A stretch of 64,000 nt of DNA from an uncultured Gammaproteobacteria bacterium (GTDB lineage: Bacteria > Pseudomonadota > Gammaproteobacteria > Steroidobacterales > Rariloculaceae): positions 1,822,224 through 1,886,223 of the forward strand of contig CAWAJM010000001.1 in assembly GCA_963782445.1 (NCBI GenBank), read 5' to 3'. Numbering within the stretch: position 1 is the stretch's first letter; every line of letters begins with the position of its first letter. The translations under genes were made by a program, and so were the position numbers. A model generated the notes under the pieces. That model saw only the letters and a list, made by a program, of their open reading frames with translations. It was not told where the DNA came from and did not search any database. Positions 1 to 8,747 of this stretch are shown piece by piece.

Positions 1-335
1 GCGCTGCAAGTGCGGCGTTCGCCCATCATTCCTTCGCGGCTTACGACATGTCGAAAAACATCGCGTTCGTCGGCGTCGTCGACTCGGTGAAATTTCGCAA
101 CCCGCACATCGAGATGACGCTCAAGCACGAGACGGCGGACGGCAAGACGGAGATCATCCACTTCGTGGAAGGTGCGCCGGCCAACATGCTCGTGCGCATG
201 GGGCTCGCGCCCTCGATGGTGAAGCCGGGCACGAAGATCACGGCCATCGGTGCGCCCCGCAAAGACGCGCCCGACAAATACTTTCTCAAGACAATCATTC
301 TGGCGGACGGCCATAAGTTCCAGTCGCTTAAATAG
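1..335 (+). CDS. DUF6152-like small secreted protein, 5' end cut by the window edge
   Basis: The frame of ORF 48..335 stays open to nt 3 and reads AASAAFAHHSFAAYDM, a signal-peptide end plus the HHSFA motif typical of this family. The ATG at 48 is therefore internal. Confidence 0.55.
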   Translation, partial: AASAAFAHHSFAAYDMSKNIAFVGVVDSVKFRNPHIEMTLKHETADGKTEIIHFVEGAPANMLVRMGLAPSMVKPGTKITAIGAPRKDAPDKYFLKTIILADGHKFQSLK

Positions 336-361
336 CGGCGTGCCGACGATTCCACGACCTG

Positions 362-571
362 ACGGCGGGCGGGCTGATCTTTCTGACCTCCGCATCGGAT
401 CGTAAGCTGCGAGTCTACGACCGCAGGACGGGGCAGGTCCTGTGGACGCGGGGCCTGCCCGCGGGCGCCGGTCCGTTCGGCGCGAAGCTCGGGGCCGAGG
501 GCGAGCCGCCGCCGCACAACGCCTATTTGGCATTCGCGCTACCTCGGAGGGAAGGTACCGGGCCGCGATAG
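362..571 (+). pseudogene. Remnant of the C-terminus of a PQQ-dependent (quinoprotein) dehydrogenase
   Basis: A frame with no start codon reads TAGGLIFLTSASDRKLRVYDRRTGQVLWTRGLPAGAGPFGAKLG...AYLAFALP*. This matches the last beta-propeller blade of glucose/quinate-type PQQ dehydrogenases (E. coli Gcd: TAGGLVFIAAT.DNYLRAFD..TGK.LW...LPAGGQATPMTY...GDYLVAYALP). An internal stretch and the whole N-terminus are missing. Confidence 0.45.
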
Positions 572-634
572 TGCGACCGCTGCCGCTTGCGGCGGCGGCA
601 TGCTACAAGGGAGAAACAATCTGATCGGGCCTGA

Positions 635-2293
635 CCACAGGCGCGTGGCCGCGTACTCGGCGCACTGAGCCTAGGCACGGCCGAGTCGCGGCGAACCTTC
701 GGCGCCGAAGACCTTGCCGCGGCGGAGGAAATTGCGAGCCGGGCGGCGCTCGCGCTCGACAATGCTGCGCTGCTCGCTGAAGCCGAGTCGGCGCGGGCAG
801 CGGCCGAGCGCGCTCGCAGCCGGCTGCAAAGTCTGTTCGAAATCAGCGGGGACCTCGCCGCGTCGCTGGATCCGGCCGATGCGCTACGGCGCCTTGTACA
901 CTGCGTCGTCGAGACCATGGCCGATTACTGCGTGACTTACTCGTGCGACGGGACGGAGATCGTGCGGGAAGGGCTTGCGCACCGGGTGCCCGGGCAGCTC
1001 GAGCTCGTGCAGCGGCTCGCCGAGGTAGGTCCACCGCGCCTCGACGACCCGGCCGGTGCCGGTGCGGTGATCCGCACGGGCGAACCGATCCTGGCCAGCG
1101 AGATCAACGAGGCGCATCTCGAGCAGACGACGCAGAGCGCGGCCCATCGGGCCGCCGTGCGCGCGCTCGCCCCGCGTTCTGCGATGATCGTGCCGCTCAG
1201 GTCGCGGGGGCGCATGCTCGGGGCCGTTGCGTTCGCGGCGACGGCGGATTCCGGCATGCGCTACGACGCGGACGATCTCAAACTGGCCCTGGAGCTGGCC
1301 GACCGTGCGGCGCTGCTCGTGGACAACGCAAGGCTCTACGCCGAGGCGCGCGGCGCCGTGCGGGCGCGCGACGACATGATCCAGCTCGTATCGCACGATC
1401 TGCGCAATCCCCTGCAGTCGATCGCGACGGCGGCTGCGCTGCTGCAGTTCGATCCGCCGCCCGAGCGCCGCGCGCGCAGCCTCGCGAGCATCACGCTCGC
1501 GACCACGCAGACGGCCGACGATGCCGGCCTCGTCCGCGCAGACCGCGCCCGGGTCATGCAAGTGCTCACGAACCTGATCGGCAACGCGCTCAAGTTCGTA
1601 CCGGAAGGCGGCACCGTCACGATCGCTGCGAAAAGGGAGCAGGGGCGCGTCCGCTTCGCGGTCGCCGACACGGGCATCGGTCTCGGGCCCGAGCAGCAGG
1701 CCCGCGCGTTCGACCGCTTCTGGCGCGGCGAATACAACAAAGAACGGGGCGCGGGTCTCGGGCTCGCCGTGGCGAAGGGCATCGTCGAGGCGCATGGCGG
1801 CGAGATCGGCGTCGCAAGCCGCCGCGGCGTCGGCAGCACGTTTCATTTCTCGCTCGAGGCGGCGCTCGAACCGGGGCTGCCGGAGCGTGGGCCGGCGTAC
1901 GGGCCGATCCTCGTCGTCGATGACGACGACGCCTTCCGCCAGGAGGTCGTCGACGCGCTGCGCGACCAGGGCTACACCGTCATCGATGCACGCGATGGCG
2001 TCGAGGCCCTGACGCACCTGCGTTCCGAGCGCAAGCCGGCGCTGGTCCTGCTCGACATCATGATGCCCGTCATGGACGGCTGGACCTTGCTCGAGACCGT
2101 CAAGCTGGACCGCCGGCTCGAGGACGTGCCGCTCGTTCTGCTGACCTGTCTCGACGAGCAGCAGATCGGCGTTCCGCTCGAAAGGGCGGCGGGCTACCTC
2201 GCAAAGCCGGTCCGCCTCGCCGAGCTGCTGGAGATCGCAGCGCGGCATTGCGGCCCCCGCGGCGTACTCGTCGCCCAGCCCGACACTCACTGA
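635..2293 (+). pseudogene. 5'-truncated, internally deleted GAF-GAF-histidine kinase-receiver hybrid sensor (the longest ATG ORF is 917..2293)
   Basis: The frame is open from 635 with no start codon and begins mid-GAF (RVLGALSLGTAESRRTFGAEDLAAAEEIASRAALALDNAALL). A second GAF domain follows, then the H-box SHDLRNPLQSI, the N-box LTNLIGNALKF, G-boxes DTGIGL and GAGLGLAV, and a REC domain (ILVVDDDD...LLDIMMPVMDG...AKPV). The H-box to N-box distance is only about 60 aa, so DHp helix 2 appears to be deleted. Confidence 0.55.
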
Positions 2294-3002
2294 CGCGGCG
2301 GAGCGCAATGCCCGCACGCTCAGAAAGCACGTCGACGACCTTCTCGACGTCGCGAAGCTCGAGGCCGGCCACGCTGCGCCGTGCTATTCGAAGGCCGACG
2401 CCGCGGCGCTCGTGCGTCTGGTCGCCGCCCACTTCGAGGGGCTCGCGGGCGAGCGCAGTATGCGCTTCACCGTCGAAGCACCGTCGGCGCTGCCCGCCGA
2501 GCTCGACGTGGACAAGACGCGCCGCGTGGTCCTGAACCTACTCTCGAACGCCTTCAAGTTCACGGGCGCGGGCGGCGCGGTCCGTTGCACGCTGCGGGGC
2601 ACAGAGGCCGCGGTCGTCATCGACGTGGCCGACGCCGGTCCGGGCGTGCCGCCCGAGCAGCGTGGAGTGATCTTCGAGCGCTTCCGCCATGCGGAAGGTC
2701 CCGATTCGCGAAGATTCGGCGGGACGGGCCTCGGGCTCGCAATCGCGCGCGACTTCGTCGAGCTGCAGGGCGGCCGCATCGAAGTGCGCGATGCGCCGGA
2801 GGGCGGCGCCTTGTTCCGCGTCGAGCTGCCGCACCGCGCACCGGTCGGCATCGAGGTCGACGCGCAGGTCCGGGCCTCGGATTCCTTCGACGGCGATGCG
2901 CGCCAGGCGCTTGCAGAGCTTCGCTCGGCGCCTGGCGCCGCTGCTCTCTCGACGGCCGCGGAGGCGCCCTGGCCCTGGTCGTCGAGGATAACCCGGACAT
3001 GA
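2292..3002 (+). pseudogene. Histidine-kinase fragment (DHp helix 2 plus HATPase_c) with no H-box and no start codon
   Basis: The frame of ORF 2412..3002 shows homology from about 2292: DAAERNARTLRKHVDDLLDVAKLEAG..., then LNLLSNAFKF, DAGPGV and GTGLGLAIARDFVELQGGRIEV. There is no ATG/GTG/TTG upstream of 2412 in this frame. The 5' end abuts the stop codon of the preceding gene. Confidence 0.55.
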
Positions 3003-4210
3003 ATCGCTTGGTGGCCGAGACACTCGCACCGGACTATAGGGTCGAGCGGGCCTTCGACGGCCGGCGCGGCCTCGAGCTCGCCGAACGTTTGAGCCCTGAC
3101 CTCGTCGTCAGCGATCTCATGATGCCGGAGCACGGCGGCGAGGAGCTCGTCGCAGCGATCCGGCAGCGTCCCGCACTCGACGCCGTGCCGATTCTGCTGC
3201 TCACCGCGAAGGCGGACGAGGACCTGCGCGTGCGCTTGCTGCGCGCAGGGGCCCAGGACTACGTAACGAAGCCGTTCTCGGCCGACGAGCTGCGCGCGCG
3301 GGCGGCGAATCTCGTTGTCGTCAAACGCGTCCGCGATGTTCTGCAGCGCGAGATTTCCGCACGCTACGAGGATCTCGAGCTTTTGGCGCACGAAGTCACG
3401 GAGCGCCAGCGGGAGCTGCGCACGGCGCTCGAGGCAACTCAGGCTGCACGCGAGCAGGCCGAACGCGCGAGCCGGATCAAGTCCGACTTCCTCGGCTTGA
3501 TCTCCCACGAGCTGCGTTCCCCGCTGGCTGTTCTGCAGCTACAGCTCGAGCGGCTAGAGCGGCTGGAGCTGGCCGGCGCCGGCCGTTCCGAGGACGCGCT
3601 CGCCATCCTGGCACGCATGCGCCGCTCGACGCGCCAGCTCGCGGAGCTCATTCAGGGGCTGCTGCAGCACGCGAGGCTGCGCGGCGGCCGTCTCGACCCC
3701 GTCATGGAGGCCGTCGACGCCGAGGCCCTCGCGCGCGAGGTCGTCGACGAGCTGCGCGAGCGCGCGGAGGACAAAGGCCTCCATCTCGAGCTGCGGGTCA
3801 CCGGCCCGCTGCCGGCGCTCGCGACCGACCGCGCCCTCTTGCGCGTCGTGATTTGGAATCTCGTTGCGAACGGTGTGAAATTCACGAAGGAGGGCGGCGT
3901 CACGCTCGAAGTCGATACGGTCGGCGATACCCACCGCTTCGTCGTGGCCGACACAGGACGCGGTATGTCCGCCGCCGAGCGAGCGCGCGTATTCGAGCCG
4001 TTCGAGCAGGGCGAGGACGTGCGCAACAAGCATACGCCGGGCGTCGGGCTCGGGCTGGCCCTCGTCAGAGAGCTCCTTGCGGCCCTAGGCGCCGGACTCC
4101 AGCTCGAGTCGGCATCGGGACGGGGCAGTCGGTTCACGGTCGTGCTCCCGACCAATGCGCGGCTGCCGCCGGACACGGCGTCGCGAGAGGCGCCGCGCGT
4201 CTCCGAATAG
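2969..4210 (+). CDS. Receiver (REC)-HisKA-HATPase_c sensor kinase; the start is uncertain (frameshifted continuation of the fragment upstream, or a CTG start)
   Basis: The sequence reads LALVVEDNPDMNRLV...DLVVSDLMMP...TKPF (REC), a coiled coil, SHELRSPL (H-box), NLVANGVKFT (N-box), DTGRGM and GVGLGLALVRE. The listed ORF 2381..4210 is Arg-rich nonsense before about 2960. GGAGG lies at 2960-2964, 4 nt before the CTG at 2969. The first ATG (2999) would remove REC beta-1. Confidence 0.6.
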   Translation: MALVVEDNPDMNRLVAETLAPDYRVERAFDGRRGLELAERLSPDLVVSDLMMPEHGGEELVAAIRQRPALDAVPILLLTAKADEDLRVRLLRAGAQDYVTKPFSADELRARAANLVVVKRVRDVLQREISARYEDLELLAHEVTERQRELRTALEATQAAREQAERASRIKSDFLGLISHELRSPLAVLQLQLERLERLELAGAGRSEDALAILARMRRSTRQLAELIQGLLQHARLRGGRLDPVMEAVDAEALAREVVDELRERAEDKGLHLELRVTGPLPALATDRALLRVVIWNLVANGVKFTKEGGVTLEVDTVGDTHRFVVADTGRGMSAAERARVFEPFEQGEDVRNKHTPGVGLGLALVRELLAALGAGLQLESASGRGSRFTVVLPTNARLPPDTASREAPRVSE

Positions 4211-4243
4211 TCCGCGGTGCCCTCGGCGGCGGCGGGCGCCGGT

Positions 4244-4259
4244 TGGCACAAATTCTGCT
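4244..4259 (+). promoter_or_regulatory. Candidate sigma-54 (-24/-12) promoter
   Basis: TGGCAC-AAATT-CTGCT matches the TGGCAC-N5-TTGC(A/T) consensus with correct GG/GC spacing. It lies about 200 nt upstream of the aldo/keto reductase start. Confidence 0.3.
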
Positions 4260-4460
4260 TGTTTCGGCACGGGTATCTCGCCGCTGAGCCGTTCCCCCGG
4301 CCGGCGCCGCCAGCAGTCCTCCCCCCCCTGGAACTCCCCCGGCGGTGCTGCGGCGAGTACCCCTTTTTCCTTCCTCGCCCGCCCGCTGCCAACGCGCCCG
4401 GCATGATGAATAATGCAGGCTGGGTGCGAGGAGCGCCGAGCGGCGCAGGGGGATACGGCG

Positions 4461-5381
4461 ATGCATCAAGCGAACACGAGTCGGCGAGAATTCCTGGCCA
4501 TGGCCGCCGCGGCCGGCGCTCTGGGGCTAGGATCCGGCCGCAGCGAGGCGGCGCCGCCGCTGCCGAAGCGGACGATACCCGGCACGGCCGAGCGCTTGCC
4601 CGTCATCGGGCTCGGGTCGAGCAAGGTCGTCGAGCAGATTGCGACGCACGGCGCGCAGCCGCTCGACAGCGTGCTGCATGCGCTCGTTGCGGGAGGCGGC
4701 AGCGTCGTCGACACGTGGCCTAGGAATGTGGACAACGACAGGGCCTTCGGCCGCGTCATCAACGAGCCCGACCTCGCGGGCCGGTTGTTCGTGACCATGA
4801 AGCTCACGATGCCCGGCCGGCAGGCGGGCGTCGAGCAGTTCCGGCAGGTCCAGCAGCTCTATGGCCGCAAGACTTTCGATCTGGCCCAAATCTTCAGTCT
4901 CGTGGACGTCGACACGCATTGGCCGACGCTGCAGGCGTTCAAGGAGGCCCAAGCGGCGCGCTACATCGGGGTCACGGTCGCCGAATACCGGCTCTACGAC
5001 GCGCTCGAGGCCTTCCTCGCCCGTGCGAAGCCGGACTTCGTGCAGGTCAACTACTCGGTCACCGAGCGCCGCGCGGAGCAGCGCGTGCTGCCGCGCCTCG
5101 CGGCGTCGGGAATAGGGGTCATCGTGAATCGGCCGTTCATGAACGGCACGTATTTCGGCCGGCTCGGCGATCGGCCCGTGCCGGCGTGGGCGGCCGATTT
5201 CGGCTGCCGGACCTGGGCTCAGTTCTCGCTGAAGTACATTCTGGCCAATCCGGCCGTGACATGCGTGTTGACCGAGACGACCAACCCGGCGCACCTGCAG
5301 GAGAATCTTGCGGCGGCCTTCGGCCGCCTCCCGGATGAGTCCGAGCGGCGGCGCATGAGGGCCTTCATCGACTCGGTATGA
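4461..5381 (+). CDS. Tat-signal aldo/keto reductase family oxidoreductase
   Basis: MHQANTSRREFLAMAAAAGALGLG is a twin-arginine signal. The body resembles an AKR (LPVIGLGS..., YIGVT, IGVIVNRPF, ILANPAVTCVLTETTNPAHLQENL). The ATG at 4461 is preferred over the listed 4413 start. Confidence 0.7.
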   Translation: MHQANTSRREFLAMAAAAGALGLGSGRSEAAPPLPKRTIPGTAERLPVIGLGSSKVVEQIATHGAQPLDSVLHALVAGGGSVVDTWPRNVDNDRAFGRVINEPDLAGRLFVTMKLTMPGRQAGVEQFRQVQQLYGRKTFDLAQIFSLVDVDTHWPTLQAFKEAQAARYIGVTVAEYRLYDALEAFLARAKPDFVQVNYSVTERRAEQRVLPRLAASGIGVIVNRPFMNGTYFGRLGDRPVPAWAADFGCRTWAQFSLKYILANPAVTCVLTETTNPAHLQENLAAAFGRLPDESERRRMRAFIDSV

Positions 5382-5393
5382 GCGCGTATACCG

Positions 5394-5675
5394 TCACGAG
5401 CGCCGCACCCAATCGATGTCCTCGAAGTGCTCGAGATACGCCTGCAAGTGCGCAATGCGGCGGCGGAGTTCGACGTGCTGCGAGATGCGCTGCTCGATCT
5501 CGCGCTGAGCGTGACGAGCCAGGAGCGTGAACGTGCGGACGGCGTGCTCGACCTCTTCGCGGCTGCACTCCGCGAGCGGTTTCTCGTTCAGATTCTCGTC
5601 GACGGGCACGTCGCTCGGCAGTTCGAGCTGGCTGAATTCGACCTCGACGACTTCCGGTACGTTGTAAGTCGGCAT
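5394..5675 (-). CDS. Hypothetical acidic 93-aa protein
   Basis: The internal ATG (MPTYNVPEVVEVEF...) is preceded by GGGAGG with a 7-nt spacer. The listed N-terminal extension is Arg/Pro-rich and unlikely to be real. I recognise no family. Confidence 0.45.
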   Translation of the reverse strand: MPTYNVPEVVEVEFSQLELPSDVPVDENLNEKPLAECSREEVEHAVRTFTLLARHAQREIEQRISQHVELRRRIAHLQAYLEHFEDIDWVRRS

Positions 5676-5917
5676 TCGGTGCCTCCCTATTCGCGGCCTG
5701 CGCGGCCCCGCGGGGCGGCCGTCTGCGGCTCGGCGGTGGCCGGCCCTCGGGCGCGGCATGGACAGATGCGCGGATTATAGACGAACCGGCCGGCACGCCG
5801 CCGGTCTAAGCTCGTCCGGCGCCGCGGGTCTAGCGGCAATCCCTTATTCGTCGGGCCCTCGGGCTTCGACTATGCTGCATGCTCGTTTGTCAGGCTGACG
5901 AAGAGGAAGGTGGAGAC

Positions 5918-6418
5918 GTGAACGCGAGACGGAAGACCGGGACCTGGGCGGCGAGTCGGGCCGGGGACGGGCGCACGACCCGGTGGCTCGGCGCCGTATT
6001 GTTGCTGACGGGCGTACTTTGTGGGGCGGGACGCGCAGCGGCCCAGGCACAGCTCTTCGGGCTGACCGACTACTCCGGGGCGGAGCTGTATCAGCAGTTT
6101 TGCTCGGCCTGCCACGGCGCCGGCGCTCACGGCGACGGCCCGGTCGCGGCGACGCTGAACGTCATGGTTCCGGACCTGACGCGGCTCGCCCAGGGTAACG
6201 GCGGCCACTTTCCGGCCGAAAAGGTCCGGGCGATGATCGACGGCCGCAGCCTCATCGCGGCCCACGGGACGCGCACGATGCCGGTCTGGGGTTATGAGTT
6301 CTGGGTCACGGAGGGCGCCGACCGGCAGGCCGAGGCCGATGCCAGAAAGGTCATCAACCGGGTGGTCCGCTATCTCGAGTCCATCCAGGCGCCGGACCCG
6401 CGCGGCTTGCCGCAGTGA
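5918..6418 (+). CDS. Monohaem c-type cytochrome, secreted
   Basis: There is a single CSACH haem motif after a signal-like segment (WLGAVLLLTGVLCGAGRAAAQA), plus a distal Met (RTMPVWG). The start is either GTG 5918 (GAGGAAGG upstream) or ATG 5879. Confidence 0.7.
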   Translation: MNARRKTGTWAASRAGDGRTTRWLGAVLLLTGVLCGAGRAAAQAQLFGLTDYSGAELYQQFCSACHGAGAHGDGPVAATLNVMVPDLTRLAQGNGGHFPAEKVRAMIDGRSLIAAHGTRTMPVWGYEFWVTEGADRQAEADARKVINRVVRYLESIQAPDPRGLPQ

Positions 6419-6571
6419 GCACGGCGCCGGTCGAGACCGGTTCTACCCCTAGGCAGCGGTTTTTGGTACGATACCGCCTCTTTTATCGCGGAGTATCCGT
6501 TCTGAGGAGGCTTTCGGGTCCCTGCGGGGGTCCGGCAAGTAGGTCCGGGTACCGGCCGACAGGTTAGGTGG

Positions 6572-6598
6572 AAGGGCCCCTTTTGGGGCCTTTTGTTT
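6572..6598 (+). terminator. Intrinsic terminator-like hairpin
   Basis: GGCCCC-TTTT-GGGGCC is followed by TTTTGTTT. It lies about 155 nt after the cytochrome c stop codon. Confidence 0.5.
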
Positions 6599-6650
6599 GG
6601 TCCGGCCCGCATCCTCGCGTGCGTTCGAGGAGTGCGGCGCGGACCCGAAG

Positions 6651-6678
6651 ATGGGCCTCCGAAGGCCCATTTTTTGTT
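6651..6678 (+). terminator. Intrinsic terminator or attenuator hairpin immediately upstream of rimP
   Basis: ATGGGCCT-CCGA-AGGCCCAT is a perfect 8-bp stem followed by TTTTTTGTT. It ends 6 nt before the proposed rimP GTG. Confidence 0.5.
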
Positions 6679-6683
6679 ACTGG

Positions 6684-7202
6684 GTGCAGGTGCCAAGGCA
6701 GTTCGACAAGCAGGGAATCATCGATTTGCTGGAACCGGTCGTCGCCACGCTCGGCTTCGAGCTCGTCGATATCGACGTACGCTTCGGGCGCAACGGGCTG
6801 CTGCGCCTGTATATCGACCGCCCGGGCGGCGACGAGGCGGCGGCTGCGGCGGCGGAGACGACGGACGAACCGTCACAGGGCGGAATTACGCTCGCGGATT
6901 GCGAGCTCGTGAGCGGACAGGTCGGGGCGTTCCTGGATGTGGAAGATCCACTGCCGAACAGGTACGTGCTCGAAGTATCTTCGCCCGGGCTCGATCGGAA
7001 GCTGCGCACCCGCGCACATTTCGAACGGTTTGCGGGCAGTGAAATCCGCGTCGAGCTCGCGCACGCGGTCGAAGGCCGGCGCCGCTTTCGGGGGCGCCTT
7101 ATGGGCATCGAGGGAGAGGACATCGTCATCGACGCCGAGGGCCAAGCCCTGCGCTTGCGCCTCGACGACATCGCGGAGGCACGGCTTGTGCCGAACGCCT
7201 AG
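6684..7202 (+). CDS. rimP: Ribosome maturation factor RimP
   Basis: LLEPVVATLGFELVDIDV...LEVSSPGLDRKL...RLVPNA aligns with E. coli RimP, and the gene sits upstream of nusA. The start is GTG 6684 or 6690. The listed ATG starts fall inside the leader hairpins. Confidence 0.85.
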   Translation: MQVPRQFDKQGIIDLLEPVVATLGFELVDIDVRFGRNGLLRLYIDRPGGDEAAAAAAETTDEPSQGGITLADCELVSGQVGAFLDVEDPLPNRYVLEVSSPGLDRKLRTRAHFERFAGSEIRVELAHAVEGRRRFRGRLMGIEGEDIVIDAEGQALRLRLDDIAEARLVPNA

Positions 7203-7225
7203 GCAGGACCTCAGGTGACTGTAGG

Positions 7226-8728
7226 ATGAACAAAGAAATTCTCATGGTGGCCGACGCCGTCTCGAACGAGAAAGGCGTCGATAAGAACGTCATCTTCGAG
7301 GCCATCGAAGCGGCGCTCGCGTCCGCCACGCGCAAGCGATACGGCGAGGACATCGAGGTTCGCGTCGCGATCGACCGCGAGACCGGCGAGTACGAGACGT
7401 TCCGCCGCTGGAAGGTTTTTGCGGACGACTCCACGGAGCTCGAAGAGCCCGCGCGCGAGCTCCGGCTCGAGGATGCGCACGAGCTCGATGCGGACGCTGA
7501 GCCGGGCGACTATGTCGAGGAGCCGATGGAGTCGGTCGAGTTCGGCCGCATCGCTGCGCAGACCGCGAAGCAGGTCATCGTGCAGAAGGTGCGCGAGGCC
7601 GAGCGCGAGCAAGTCGTCGAGGAGTACAGCGAGCGTGTCGGCGAGCTCGTGAGCGGCATCGTCAAGCGCGTCGACCGCCACGGCGCCTACATCGATCTCG
7701 GCGGCAACGCCGAAGGCTTCATCCCGCGCGAGGACATGATTCCCCGCGAGCCGATCAAGCCGCAGGACCGCGTCAAGAGCCTGCTGCGCGACGTGCGTTC
7801 CGAGCCGCGCGGGCCGCAGCTGTTCCTGAGCCGCACCTCGCCGCAGTTCCTCATCGAGCTGTTCAAGATCGAGGTCCCCGAGGTCGGCCAGGGGCTCATC
7901 GACATCCTCGGCGCCGCGCGCGATCCGGGGCTCCGGGCCAAGATCGCCGTGCGCAGCAACGACGCGCGCATCGACCCCGTCGGCGCCTGCGTCGGCATGC
8001 GCGGCTCCCGTGTGCAGGCCGTTTCGAACGAGCTCGCCGGCGAACGCGTCGATATCATCCTGTACGACGAGAACCCGGCGCAGTTCGTCATCAATGCAAT
8101 GTCGCCGGCCGAGGTGCTCTCGATCGTCGTGGACGAGGACGCGCACGCCATGGACATCGCCGTCGAAGAGGAAAAGCTCTCGCAGGCGATCGGCCGCGGC
8201 GGTCAGAACGTGCGCCTCGCGAGCGAGCTCTCGGGCTGGGAGCTCAATGTAATGACGGAGAACGCCGCCGAGGAGAAGAGCGAGAAGGAGGCTCGCGAGG
8301 TCGTCGAGCGGTTCATGCGCGATCTCAACGTCGACGAGGATGTCGCGTCCATCCTCGCGCAGGAAGGGTTCACGACGCTCGAGGAGATCGCGTATGTGCC
8401 GGCCGCCGAGCTACTCGCGATCGAGGAGTTCAACGAAGGCATCGTCAGCGAGCTGCGCGCGCGCGCCCGCGACGTGCTCATCACGCAGGCGATCGTCAGC
8501 GAAGAAGTCATCGACCAGGCCGAGCCCTCGGACGACCTGCTCGAAGTCGAAGGTATGGATAAGGAGCTTGCCTACGAGCTTGCGAGCCGCGGCATCGTGA
8601 CGCGGGAGGATCTCGCGGAGCAGGCCGTAGACGATCTGCAGGGCATCGACGCGCTCGATCCCGACCGTGCCGCGCGGCTCATCATGGCCGCCCGCGCGCA
8701 CTGGTTCGAAGGGGAGCAGCAGGCGTGA
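7226..8728 (+). CDS. nusA: Transcription termination/antitermination factor NusA
   Basis: The 500-aa protein has the NusA N-terminus (MNKEILMVADAVSNEKGV), S1 and KH domains, and acidic C-terminal repeats. The rimP-nusA-infB order is conserved. Confidence 0.97.
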   Translation: MNKEILMVADAVSNEKGVDKNVIFEAIEAALASATRKRYGEDIEVRVAIDRETGEYETFRRWKVFADDSTELEEPARELRLEDAHELDADAEPGDYVEEPMESVEFGRIAAQTAKQVIVQKVREAEREQVVEEYSERVGELVSGIVKRVDRHGAYIDLGGNAEGFIPREDMIPREPIKPQDRVKSLLRDVRSEPRGPQLFLSRTSPQFLIELFKIEVPEVGQGLIDILGAARDPGLRAKIAVRSNDARIDPVGACVGMRGSRVQAVSNELAGERVDIILYDENPAQFVINAMSPAEVLSIVVDEDAHAMDIAVEEEKLSQAIGRGGQNVRLASELSGWELNVMTENAAEEKSEKEAREVVERFMRDLNVDEDVASILAQEGFTTLEEIAYVPAAELLAIEEFNEGIVSELRARARDVLITQAIVSEEVIDQAEPSDDLLEVEGMDKELAYELASRGIVTREDLAEQAVDDLQGIDALDPDRAARLIMAARAHWFEGEQQA

Positions 8729-8747
8729 GAGACCTGAGGAGATTTGA

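Noticed and set aside
6420-6683. An initiator tRNA (metY) or other tRNA upstream of rimP, as in E. coli.
   Set aside because: No cloverleaf-compatible sequence, no T-loop GTTCGAATC-like motif and no acceptor-stem pairing was found. The hairpins fit terminators better.
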